Of a stretch of 41,987 nt of DNA, positions 34,131-41,987 are shown one piece after another; the stretch's first letter is position 1; each line of letters starts with the position of its first letter. Position numbers and translations under genes: made by a program. Source of the stretch: an uncultured Planctomycetaceae bacterium (GTDB lineage Bacteria > Planctomycetota > UBA1135 > GCA-002686595); NCBI GenBank assembly GCA_964615935.1, contig CAZTTG010000052.1, positions 1 through 41,987 on the forward strand, read 5' to 3'. The notes below the pieces were generated by a model that saw nothing but the letters and a program-made list of their open reading frames with translations, did not search any database and was not told the origin of the DNA.

Positions 34131-35989
34131 GGATCTGTCGAAGGATGCGGGCCCGGATCGAGCGGTCGATGGACCGCGGGCTCACCGCGGATCAAGAGCT
34201 CCAGCTCGAGGAGCATCTGGCCGGCTGCCCGCGCTGCGCCGACTACCACGATCGGCTGGGCGCCCTGGAGGAAGCCCTCTCCCGCCTGCCCGAGCCGCCC
34301 GTCGATCGGCTCGACGTCGAGGGCTCCGTGCTGGCGATCGCCGCCCGCATCGAGGCCGAGGAGCTCGCCTCGGCCCGACGGGGCCGCCCCCGCATCGCGC
34401 GCGTCGCCATGGCGGCCGCAGCGCTGGCCATCGCCGCGGGAGCCCTCTACTGGAAGCTCGCGAGCGAGGGCTCGCCCGCGCCGCCGGTTCCCGAGCGCGT
34501 CGCGGAGCAGCCGCCGGTGGTGGCGCCCCCACTCGAGCCCTCCCCGCCCACCCCGCCGCGGGACGGGCTCGACCTGCCGGCCCCCGATCCCGTCGAGCTG
34601 GCCACCGGTCCCCCGCTCGACCCCCGACGACACGAGGCCACCCGCGCGGCCGTGGGCGAGCACCTGCTCGCGGCCCTGGAGGGCCTGCCGCCCGAGGGAG
34701 GCGCGGCCGACGTCCGGCTCTTCGCGGAGCGCTTCGACGAGCGCGCCCGGCAGCTCGATCGCGACGGCTGGCCGGTCGAGCGCCTGGTCAGGAGCTTCGT
34801 CGTCTCCGGGGATCCCGAGCTCGCGCGCGCGGCGGTCCGCTATCTGGGGCTGCGCGGCGACGCCCTGTCCCTGGTGAGACTCGAGCGTCGCCTGGAGGAG
34901 GGGCTCCAGGAGGCCGCGGATCCCCTCGCGAGGGAGGTCTGCCTGGCGCTCCTGGACGCCGGCGAGGGCGGCCTCGGCCGCCTCGACGCCGCGGCCCGAT
35001 CGAGCGAGCTGCGCTGGCTGATCCTCTCCCGACTCACCGTCGATCCCGAGCGCGCGGCGCCCTGGCTGGAGGGCCGGCTGCGCTCCCTCGCGCGGAGCGG
35101 GGGAGCCGAGGAGCTCGAGGCGGAGCTGCTCGCATGCCTCGTCGGCCTCGGCCGCCCGGCCGCCGAGGGCATCCTGCGCCTGCGGCGCGAGGGGCACCTG
35201 GAGGACGGGCAGGCCCTCGAGGCCCTGTCGCAGGTGGAGGGCGCCGGAGCGGTTCTGGTGGCGGCGATCCCGGCCCGCGGCCGCGCCGAGGCGGGCTTCC
35301 TCCTGGACGCCTTCGCGCGCCTGAGGCCGCCGGCGGCCCTGCCCTGGATCGGCGAGCGCTGCGGCGGCGCGCGGCTGGGCGGAGCCGCGCTGGCCTGCCT
35401 GGGGTCCTTCGACGGCCCCGAGGCCTTCGAGGTGGCGGTCGAGCTCTGGGCGAGCCGGATCCTCGGCAACGGCGAGCTCGAGGACGAGGTGCGTGCGATG
35501 ATCGCGCGCAACCCGGAGGCCGCACTGGAGCTCGCCGAGCGCTGGACCGAGGACCGCGACGGCGCTCGCGCCGGCGACCTGCTCGGACTGCTGGTCAGCG
35601 CCGAGCACCCGGCCGGCGCCCCGGCCCTGGTGATCCTGGCCTCGCGCGACCTGCTCTCCGACGGCGATCGTCAGCTCGCGGCCCAGTCGGTCGGCGAGCA
35701 CGGCACCCTCGAGGACGCGCGTCTCCTCTCGCTGGCCCTGCGGGGCATGCAGCGGGACGAGCGGCGGCTGGCGGCCGCCTGCGTCCACTCCATTCATCAG
35801 CTCTCCGGCGAGGACGGCGTCCTCGAAGCCCTCTCGGCCGCGCCCGAGCGCACGGTCGCAAGGGTGCTCGGAGTGCTGCAAGAACGCGACGGTACGAATC
35901 GAACGGCGGTCTCGCTGGTGCAGCTGGCGAGGGCCCTCGAGCCGACCCTGGCGTCGCACGGCCCGCAACCCTGGAGAATCAAGCCATGA
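34127..35989 (+). CDS. Anti-sigma factor: N-terminal ZAS (HLAGCPRC), single TM segment, about 500-aa extracytoplasmic HEAT-like repeat domain
   Basis: A GTG start overlaps the sigma stop (GTGA); the ATG at 34145 is an alternative. The TM segment is IARVAMAAAALAIAAGALYW. Repeated helical units such as AVRYLGLRGDALSLVRLERRLEEG resemble PBS-lyase HEAT repeats. Confidence 0.65.
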   Translation: MRICRRMRARIERSMDRGLTADQELQLEEHLAGCPRCADYHDRLGALEEALSRLPEPPVDRLDVEGSVLAIAARIEAEELASARRGRPRIARVAMAAAALAIAAGALYWKLASEGSPAPPVPERVAEQPPVVAPPLEPSPPTPPRDGLDLPAPDPVELATGPPLDPRRHEATRAAVGEHLLAALEGLPPEGGAADVRLFAERFDERARQLDRDGWPVERLVRSFVVSGDPELARAAVRYLGLRGDALSLVRLERRLEEGLQEAADPLAREVCLALLDAGEGGLGRLDAAARSSELRWLILSRLTVDPERAAPWLEGRLRSLARSGGAEELEAELLACLVGLGRPAAEGILRLRREGHLEDGQALEALSQVEGAGAVLVAAIPARGRAEAGFLLDAFARLRPPAALPWIGERCGGARLGGAALACLGSFDGPEAFEVAVELWASRILGNGELEDEVRAMIARNPEAALELAERWTEDRDGARAGDLLGLLVSAEHPAGAPALVILASRDLLSDGDRQLAAQSVGEHGTLEDARLLSLALRGMQRDERRLAAACVHSIHQLSGEDGVLEALSAAPERTVARVLGVLQERDGTNRTAVSLVQLARALEPTLASHGPQPWRIKP

Positions 35990-37779
35990 TCCCGCTCTTC
36001 CTCTTCGGCCTCGGCCTCCTGCCCGTCGCGGACCCGCCGGCGAGCGATCCCGACATCATCCTGCGTACCTATGACCTCCGACTGGCGGCTCCCGTCGTAG
36101 ACCACGGCGAGGTCTGGGAGTGCCTGCTGCCCAACATGGGCGGCCATACCCGCCTGGACTTCGAATCGGAGTGGGAGAGCCAGTTCCTCGGCGAGGACGT
36201 GATGTCCCTGATCTTCGAGCTCTACGATGAGGAGTTCGAGTACGCGGACCGCAGGATCGAGTACCTGGACGACGGCCGGCTCCTGGTCGGCGGGCCGGCT
36301 TCGGTGCACCGGGGGGTGCAGGGCATCCTGGGCTTCCTGGAGAGGGCCGTCGCCTCGAACGCTCGGTTGCGGGTGGACGTGCTGCGCCTGGACGGCGACG
36401 CGCCCATCGCCTGGCCCTCGGGCTCGCTGATCCCGGAGGGCGAGGCGCAGAGCCTCGTCGCCGCCGCCGCGGCGCACGGCATCCACCGCAGCTACGAGCT
36501 GGACCTGAACCCCGCCCGCGTCTCCAAGCTCGACGCGGTCCGCGAGGTGCCGATCCTCTTCGACTACGACATCGAGATCGCCCAGGGATCGTACATCTAC
36601 GACCCCATCGTGGTCCCGCTGACCGTGGGCACGCAGCTGGCGGTGCGCTGCGCGCCCGCGCCCGGAGGGACCTGGCTGGCCCTCACGCGGCGGTGCGCCG
36701 AGCAGGTCGGGGAGGTCCGCAGGACGGAGTTCTCGGTCGGCGGCCGCATCAGCCACGAGGGGGGCACGCCGATGGAGATGCGCGGTCCCAAGGGCATCGA
36801 GAGCGTCGACATGCTGAGCCGCTCGCTGGCCACCTGCGCCTTCCTGCCCGATGGACGCGCCCTGGTGTACCGCTCGGGGCTGGACGTGGTCACCGGCGGC
36901 GGCGAGGAGCTCCTGGTCCTGCGGGTCGAGGGCGAGATGCCCGAGCCGATCCAGACCTGCGAGCTGGATGGGGGCGATCGGCGCCTGCAGCTCGTGGACG
37001 CGGGGTGGATCCAGCCCCCGTACCTCCGCTTCCAGGAGGGGATCCTGAGCGGCGAGCACCTGCCCCGCAACGCCTGGTACTGGCTGGAGCGCATCCTGTA
37101 CGGGGACGACGCGGATGTCGCCACCTCGGTCGTCCTCCACACCGCCGAGACCGACCGCGTCAGCGACCTCCTGAACGACTACCACGGGGAGGAGAACGCG
37201 CTCATGACCCTGGGGCCCTGGGTGGTCGCGGTTCCCATGGTCGAGGAGGGCGAGGACCCGCAGCCGATCCAGGCCGATTCACCCGCCTTCCAGCTGATCG
37301 AGGCGCCCGAGGTGGTCGAGGTCTCGGTCTCCCTGGTCCGCACCGGGGAGGAGAGGCCCAGGGTGGCCGGATGGGACCTTCCCCTGGTGATCGGCTACCC
37401 GTCGGTGGCGGTGCTCGGCGGCGAGAGCCTGTACCTCGGCGAGTACGACGTCGAGGTGGCCCAGTACTGCTCCGCCAACGATCCCCTGTCTCTGTACTCC
37501 TTCGACGGCCTGGCCCTGTGGCTGCAGCCGATCCGATCCGCGAGCGGAGAGGTGGTGCTGGAGGTGCGCGCGCGGGCCCGGCTGCGCGACGGTGACTTCG
37601 AGGACGTCGATCTGGGCTACGGGGTGACCAAGTGGATCCAGAAGGTGGAATACACCGAGCTCTCCGCAAACCGCCAACTTCGCTTCCGCACCGGCGGGCG
37701 CGCGACGCGCACCGCCGTCCTGGGCGACACGACGGGGACCGAGGAGGGCGGTCTGGCCCTGGAGATCACCCTGCGCTGA
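35986..37779 (+). CDS. Secreted hypothetical protein, 597 aa, no recognised domain
   Basis: ATGA overlap with the anti-sigma stop. Signal peptide MIPLFLFGLGLLPVADPPASDPD. GC3-rich codon usage. It is the 3' two-thirds of track ORF 35134..37779; the 5' part of that ORF overlaps the anti-sigma gene in another frame and was discarded. Confidence 0.55.
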   Translation: MIPLFLFGLGLLPVADPPASDPDIILRTYDLRLAAPVVDHGEVWECLLPNMGGHTRLDFESEWESQFLGEDVMSLIFELYDEEFEYADRRIEYLDDGRLLVGGPASVHRGVQGILGFLERAVASNARLRVDVLRLDGDAPIAWPSGSLIPEGEAQSLVAAAAAHGIHRSYELDLNPARVSKLDAVREVPILFDYDIEIAQGSYIYDPIVVPLTVGTQLAVRCAPAPGGTWLALTRRCAEQVGEVRRTEFSVGGRISHEGGTPMEMRGPKGIESVDMLSRSLATCAFLPDGRALVYRSGLDVVTGGGEELLVLRVEGEMPEPIQTCELDGGDRRLQLVDAGWIQPPYLRFQEGILSGEHLPRNAWYWLERILYGDDADVATSVVLHTAETDRVSDLLNDYHGEENALMTLGPWVVAVPMVEEGEDPQPIQADSPAFQLIEAPEVVEVSVSLVRTGEERPRVAGWDLPLVIGYPSVAVLGGESLYLGEYDVEVAQYCSANDPLSLYSFDGLALWLQPIRSASGEVVLEVRARARLRDGDFEDVDLGYGVTKWIQKVEYTELSANRQLRFRTGGRATRTAVLGDTTGTEEGGLALEITLR

Positions 37780-37898
37780 GCCCGCAGTGAGCTCGCGTCC
37801 GGCCAGCGACCGCGGTCGGGTCCACGGGGACCCGGCCGCGCGCTCTTTTCTTCGATCGCCGCGCAACCGCCGCCGAGCGGAGCGGTCCGCGGGATGCC

Positions 37899-39401
37899 AT
37901 GGTGCTTCCTCGCCTCGCATTCCCCGCCGTCCTGTGCGCCCTATTCGCGGTCTCACCTGCGCCCCCGGACGATCCGCCCACCCTGAAGGAGCTCGAGCAG
38001 GGCCTGCGCGAGCCGCGGCCGTCGACGCGCCGCAGCGCGGTCAGGCGTCTGGCGGGGGAGGGATCGCGGCGCGCCTGGGAGCTCGTGGTGGGGGCCCTCG
38101 CCGACTCCGAGCCGGAGGTGGCGGACGAGGCCCAGATCCGGCTGGGCGAACTCTCCGACGAGCGCGTCCTGCGCGACCTCCTCGGTCGCAAGGGCCTCGG
38201 GGCCAGGGAGGAGCTGGTGCGGCTGCGCGCGGCCGAGGCGCTGGGGCGCGTGAGGCTCGCCGTGAGCGGCGAGGACCTCGCCGGGGCGGTGCGCTCCCGC
38301 GACCACGAGGTGGCCCGCACCCTGATGTGGTCGATCGAGCGCCGCGCGCGGGCCGGCACCCTGGCCGGCGAGCCGGAGCGCAACCGGCGGGCGGCGGCCA
38401 GGGCCTTCCGCATGGCGCGCGAGGGCGCGGTCCGCGGCGCGGCCCTCCTGGCGCTCGAGGCCGTGGACCCGCGCGCCGCCCTCGAAGAGGTGCCCGAGGC
38501 CCTGCGCGACAAGCGGCCGCAGGCTCGCTGCGCCGCCATCGCCGTGGCGGCGCGCAGCGGCGATCCGGCGGCGCGCGATCGGATCCAGCTCCGCCTCCGC
38601 GATCCCGATCGGGCCGTGCGGCTGGAGGTGGTCGCGGCCCTGGAGGCGATCGCCGACCGCGCCGCGGCGCGGGCCCTGGTCGAATGCCTGTCCGAGGAGC
38701 CCGAGCTGCGCTCGCGGTGGCGCGCGGTCGAGGCCTTGCGGCGCCTCTCGGGCCTGCGCTACCGGCTCGACCCGCGGCCCTGGAAGCTCTGGGCCGATGG
38801 GCTGGAGGAGGGCTGGCGCCCTTCGCTCGCCAGCCTCACGGAGCGGCCGCCGCGGGGGACCGGCTCGGCCTCCTTCGCCGGCCTGCCGGTTCTCTCGGAG
38901 CGGGTCTGCTTCCTGATCGACCTCTCGGGCTCGATCCGCCGCCGCGCCGAGGACGGCCGGACGCGCAAGGAGGTGGTGGACGGCCTCCTGCGCAAGGCCC
39001 TCGAGGGGCTCCCCGAGACCACGCGCTTCAACCTGATCCCCTACACCGCCGTGCCGCACCCCTGGCGGGAGCGGCTGCAACCGGCCAGCCCCAGGAACGT
39101 GCGCGCCGCCCTGGCCTGCTTCGAGGCCTGCGCCCAGAGCGGGCGCGGAGCCTTCTACGACGCGGCCCTGCTGGCCCTGACCGACCCCGAGGTCGACACC
39201 CTGATCGCCCTGACCGACGGCGTGCCCACCGGCGGCACGCGCTGGAACATGGAGCTGATGGTGACCCTGCTCGCGGAGCGGCACCGCTGGGCCAAGGTGG
39301 CCATCGACTCGGTCCTGGTGGACGCCAAGCGAGGCACGCTCCGCCACTGGGAGCGGCTCGCCGACGTCACGGGAGGGCGCTCGATCGCGGTCGAGCTCTG
39401 A
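37899..39401 (+). CDS. Secreted HEAT-repeat protein with C-terminal von Willebrand factor A (vWA) domain
   Basis: Signal peptide MVLPRLAFPAVLCALFAVSPA. HEAT-like repeats run through the N-terminal 300 aa (AVRRLAGEGSRRAWELVVGALADSEPEVADEAQIRLGEL ...). The MIDAS-like DxSxS motif is in VCFLIDLSGSIRR, and a T residue sits in LIALTDGVPTGG. Confidence 0.7.
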   Translation: MVLPRLAFPAVLCALFAVSPAPPDDPPTLKELEQGLREPRPSTRRSAVRRLAGEGSRRAWELVVGALADSEPEVADEAQIRLGELSDERVLRDLLGRKGLGAREELVRLRAAEALGRVRLAVSGEDLAGAVRSRDHEVARTLMWSIERRARAGTLAGEPERNRRAAARAFRMAREGAVRGAALLALEAVDPRAALEEVPEALRDKRPQARCAAIAVAARSGDPAARDRIQLRLRDPDRAVRLEVVAALEAIADRAAARALVECLSEEPELRSRWRAVEALRRLSGLRYRLDPRPWKLWADGLEEGWRPSLASLTERPPRGTGSASFAGLPVLSERVCFLIDLSGSIRRRAEDGRTRKEVVDGLLRKALEGLPETTRFNLIPYTAVPHPWRERLQPASPRNVRAALACFEACAQSGRGAFYDAALLALTDPEVDTLIALTDGVPTGGTRWNMELMVTLLAERHRWAKVAIDSVLVDAKRGTLRHWERLADVTGGRSIAVEL

Positions 39402-39647
39402 GCACGGCCTCCCGGCCGCCCGCAACCACGCCTCGGTTCCTCCCCCGGAGCCGCGACTAGCCGCGGGCGCCATCATCTCCAGCCGAGAGGGTCGATCGAC
39501 GGGGCCTCCGAGCGGGGGGCGCGTCGCCCGAGAAGCCGACCTCGGTCAGCGCGCGCCCGCCGCGCCGCTGAGCCCAGGCGCTGCCGGGGGCGCCACGGGT
39601 GGTGCCAGGACGGGGCGCCGGGCCAGGGCAATTGCGTGCCAACACCG

Positions 39648-39653
39648 TATAAT
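39648..39653 (+). promoter_or_regulatory. Exact TATAAT hexamer 43 bp upstream of the next gene start
   Basis: A perfect TATAAT in a roughly 70% GC background. The upstream -35 is poor (AGGGCA or GGGCAA at 16-17 bp spacing). Downstream, the hairpin CGCTCC-ccgga-GGAGCG overlaps a GGAGG Shine-Dalgarno. Confidence 0.25.
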
Positions 39654-39695
39654 ACAACTTCGCTCCCCGGAGGAGCGGTCCTGGAGGGTGCTTCC

Positions 39696-40331
39696 ATGAG
39701 CCGCTGGATTCTGATCGTCGTCATCGCCGTCGCCGCATTCCTCGTCGTCCAACTGGCACAACGGGAGGGGGACGCCGGGCCCGAGGTGGTGGCACCCCGC
39801 TCCTCGCCCGAGGCGCCGGCACCGCGGGCAGAACCGGGCGGCGGGATCGAGCTGGAATCGCCGACGCAGACCGATCCGACCGCGGGAGCGGGTGCCCCAC
39901 CTGCGGCGGCGGGAACGGCTGCGGAGCCGGGGCCATCGGGAAGCGGGGATCTCTCCCTCGTCACCGGGAGCCAGCCGGGGAACCGGGAGGAGTACTTCCT
40001 CGACAAGTACGGTCACATGGGGGTGAAGGAACTCGAGGCTGCCCTGGCCCAGCTCGAGCAGGGGGTCCTCGACCAGCAGAATGTACTCTTCGAGGAGCGC
40101 TTCGAGCGCGGGCTCTACCTCGTCCACCGACCGGGCGATCCCGCCCTACCCGACTGGCCCACCGGTCCCGGAGGTCGCCGGCCGGTCGTCGAGAGCAGCA
40201 CGCTCACCGACCCCTATACGGGCAATGTGGAGGCTCGCATCTCCCACCTGCCCTTCGAGGAGTACCCCGCCTTCTACGAACTCCTCGCTGAGCGCGACTG
40301 GCTGAAGAAGAGGGCCGGGAGCTCCCAGTAG
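39696..40331 (+). CDS. N-terminally anchored hypothetical protein (Pro/Ala/Gly-rich linker plus about 120-aa C-terminal domain)
   Basis: Start taken at the internal ATG with a GGAGGG Shine-Dalgarno 8 nt upstream. MSRWILIVVIAVAAFLVVQLAQREG is a signal anchor. The GTG-initiated upstream extension in the track (39636) is unlikely to be translated. Confidence 0.45.
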   Translation: MSRWILIVVIAVAAFLVVQLAQREGDAGPEVVAPRSSPEAPAPRAEPGGGIELESPTQTDPTAGAGAPPAAAGTAAEPGPSGSGDLSLVTGSQPGNREEYFLDKYGHMGVKELEAALAQLEQGVLDQQNVLFEERFERGLYLVHRPGDPALPDWPTGPGGRRPVVESSTLTDPYTGNVEARISHLPFEEYPAFYELLAERDWLKKRAGSSQ

Positions 40332-40442
40332 ATACCCGACCGTGGCGCCGGACGGGACGCAGCCGCACCCGGCCCACGAAGGAGGCGGCGCCGCCCGAGA
40401 GCGGCGCCGCCCATGGTCAGGCTACCGGCGATCCCCGGAGGA

Positions 40443-41495
40443 TCACTGGAACACCAGCTCGACCGCGTCTGTCAGCCCGACGCCGAAGCCGGTGGGGTCC
40501 TGTGGATCGCGGAACCAGCCCTGATAGAACACATGGGTGCCGGGCGGATCGCCCGGGCAGTTCGCCATCCAGGACAAAGTGCCGTCGCAGAGGCCCGGGG
40601 TGCCACCGGAGCCCTGGGGAGGCGTCCGCTTGATGGGCGGAGTCACGCACAGGGTGCCACCCATGAAGGAAATGGACGCCGCTGCATAGCCGTAGAAGAT
40701 GATGCCGGGCTTGTTGCCCCCCTCGACTTGGATGGCGTCGACTGTGTAGTTGCAGGCCCCGGTGACCGGGCAGCCGGTGTTCACCCCGCCGGGACCGTTC
40801 GTCTGGATCGTCGGGGTGCAGCCGCTCGAGCTGGGTTTCGGCGTGCAGTAGATGACCGGGTTGCAGGTCGTACCCAGGTCGACCTCCATGTCATCCATCA
40901 TCAAGTAGCCGGTGTTCGTGTAGTTGCTCTTGAAGTTGATGCGACTGATGGGAGTGGTGCAGCCGGAGAAATCCCAGCCGTGCCACCTCCACTGGCAGTC
41001 GTTGGCATCGGTGAGAACGTCGGTGGCAACTACATTGCCGGCCGAGTCCATGAAGGTGGCCGTGAAGCCGGGCGCTCCGGGGTGGTTCATCCCGAAGTAG
41101 CCGCCGAAGCGAGAGACGGCGGTGGTGCCGAAATCGTACTCGGCGCCGCCGTTGTTGGTGCTGCTGCCGGAGCCGTAGAGCTTGGTGCCGCCGTGCTCCT
41201 GGATGGTGCAGGAGAAGCCCCAGCCTCCGGTGATGTGGGCGGCGGCGCCGTTGGGCGTGCAGAGGTCAGCTGCACCACCGAACACGCTCGGGTTGATGCA
41301 GGTCGTGAACTGACCGGACACCTGCGTCTCGAAACCCTCCGAGATGGTGCCGGTGAACGAACCGATCGACGTCTGGCATTGCGAATGGGCAGTGCCCGCC
41401 AAGGCGACCATGCCCAATGCAGGGCTCCTGACATAGGTGCGTGGAGTGGCGGCATTGGCCGAATGCCGTTCATTCACGATGAGGGGGTGCGTCAT
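40443..41495 (-). CDS. Cys/Gly/Thr-rich secreted protein (paralog 1), unknown function
   Basis: 350 aa with 16 Cys and many GT/GS/NT motifs. A possible internal start MVALAGTAHS would give a weak signal peptide. The gene's GC is somewhat lower than the window average. It ends ...PTGFGVGLTDAVELVFQ. Confidence 0.5.
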   Translation of the reverse strand: MTHPLIVNERHSANAATPRTYVRSPALGMVALAGTAHSQCQTSIGSFTGTISEGFETQVSGQFTTCINPSVFGGAADLCTPNGAAAHITGGWGFSCTIQEHGGTKLYGSGSSTNNGGAEYDFGTTAVSRFGGYFGMNHPGAPGFTATFMDSAGNVVATDVLTDANDCQWRWHGWDFSGCTTPISRINFKSNYTNTGYLMMDDMEVDLGTTCNPVIYCTPKPSSSGCTPTIQTNGPGGVNTGCPVTGACNYTVDAIQVEGGNKPGIIFYGYAAASISFMGGTLCVTPPIKRTPPQGSGGTPGLCDGTLSWMANCPGDPPGTHVFYQGWFRDPQDPTGFGVGLTDAVELVFQ

Positions 41496-41932
41496 AAGGT
41501 ATGCAACGCTTTGACGGGGGCCGCGATCGACACCGACCAGGGAGCGAGCCCGACACGCCGTTTCCCTGCTGAGCCATGAGCGGATGGTTGCATGAATCGG
41601 GGCGCATGTGTCAGGAGCCCTGCAATGCGATCAACATCTTCATGCAATCCTCCTGAATGCTGGGAACCCCGTCGCTGTCGACGAGAGGGGTTCTGTACTC
41701 CTGAGGACATCATAGCGCCTTCGTCAAAACAGCGAAAGAAGGGAAGGCTCCTCCCAGAGCAGCCCGAGGATCGCGACCGTGTCAGTCAGATGTAACAGGA
41801 TGCGCCCCCCAGGGTGCCTGGGGCGAGCCCGATGTCTCTTGGTGAGATCACGGGGGCGGCCCGCCGGAGCAGGCCACCCCCGGGGAAGCTCGTCCGGAAC
41901 CCGTCAGCTGGGGCGCGACGGGCTCCGCCCCG

Positions 41933-41987
41933 TCAATCGCAGATGATGAACTCGACGGCGTCGGTCAGGCCGGTGGTGCTGGGGCTG
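41933..41987 (-). CDS. 3' end of a second, paralogous gene (C-terminus ...SPSTTGLTDAVEFIICD), truncated by the window
   Basis: My reverse-complement translation of 41933-41987 gives S P S T T G L T D A V E F I I C D stop. The tail GLTDAVE(L/F) is shared with the gene at 40443-41495. Confidence 0.4.
   Translation of the reverse strand, partial: SPSTTGLTDAVEFIICD

Noticed and set aside
33662-35968. Minus-strand 768-aa ORF and plus 35134..35985 (the 5' part of the 881-aa ORF) overlapping the HEAT anti-sigma gene.
   Set aside because: The anti-sigma frame carries a ZAS motif, a TM helix and repeat structure, whereas these frames are low-complexity. The 881-aa ORF is real only from the ATG at 35986, where a signal peptide begins at an ATGA overlap.
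39636-39695. GTG-initiated N-terminal extension of the 39636..40331 ORF (MPTPYNTTSLPGGAVLEGAS...).
   Set aside because: The extension contains the TATAAT hexamer and the ribosome-binding-site hairpin. The internal ATG at 39696 has a proper GGAGGG Shine-Dalgarno and is immediately followed by the signal anchor, so that start was preferred.
1-41987. CRISPR arrays, tRNA/rRNA genes, and reverse-transcriptase, toxin–antitoxin or restriction-modification genes.
   Set aside because: I scanned for regularly spaced direct repeats, tRNA-like TPsiC/acceptor stems and the relevant protein motifs and found none. The internal repetition seen in tamB and the flotillin coiled coil is protein-level repeat structure in coding sequence, not a repeat array.

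Overview
This 42-kb window is very high-GC (about 70%), which is why the six-frame track is crowded with long antisense and off-frame ORFs that are not real genes. It reads as bacterial chromosome, not a prophage or plasmid, and the gene content is compatible with a myxobacterium or deltaproteobacterium-like organism, although I cannot prove the taxon. I support about 33 genes.

Main contents, in order:
- At the 5' edge, a partial IS200/IS605-type (Y1 HUH) transposase-like gene with a perfect 22-bp palindrome upstream of it.
- A tamB–tamA outer-membrane assembly pair that follows a long GC-rich leader carrying a GGAACC repeat array.
- A LapA-like small membrane protein, a lipoprotein, and a large membrane/spermidine-synthase-like/TPR fusion protein.
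- A minus-strand fabI, Zn-alcohol dehydrogenase and aldehyde dehydrogenase operon.
- An NfeD(YqiJ-like)–flotillin pair.
- A translationally coupled trio: a sigma-70 region-4 protein, an unknown protein, and a sigma-54-activator-like AAA+ protein whose GAFTGA motif is degenerate and whose Walker B is DD.
- queA, thiE, a small Zn-ribbon protein and queG.
- Two separate ECF sigma/anti-sigma modules. The first has a cytoplasmic ZAS-TPR anti-sigma, a secreted protein, and an orphan FliK-C-like/FlhB-C-like pair. The second has a ZAS–TM–HEAT anti-sigma, a secreted 597-aa unknown protein, and a secreted HEAT+vWA protein.
- A cysteine desulfurase and an alpha/beta hydrolase.
- At the 3' edge, tandem lower-GC paralogs encoding Cys-rich proteins with a shared C-terminal GLTDAVE(L/F) tail.

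I found no rRNA, tRNA or CRISPR array. The most likely candidates for an undescribed system are the sigma-like/unknown/degenerate-activator trio, the HEAT/vWA ECF module, and the FliK/FlhB orphan pair.
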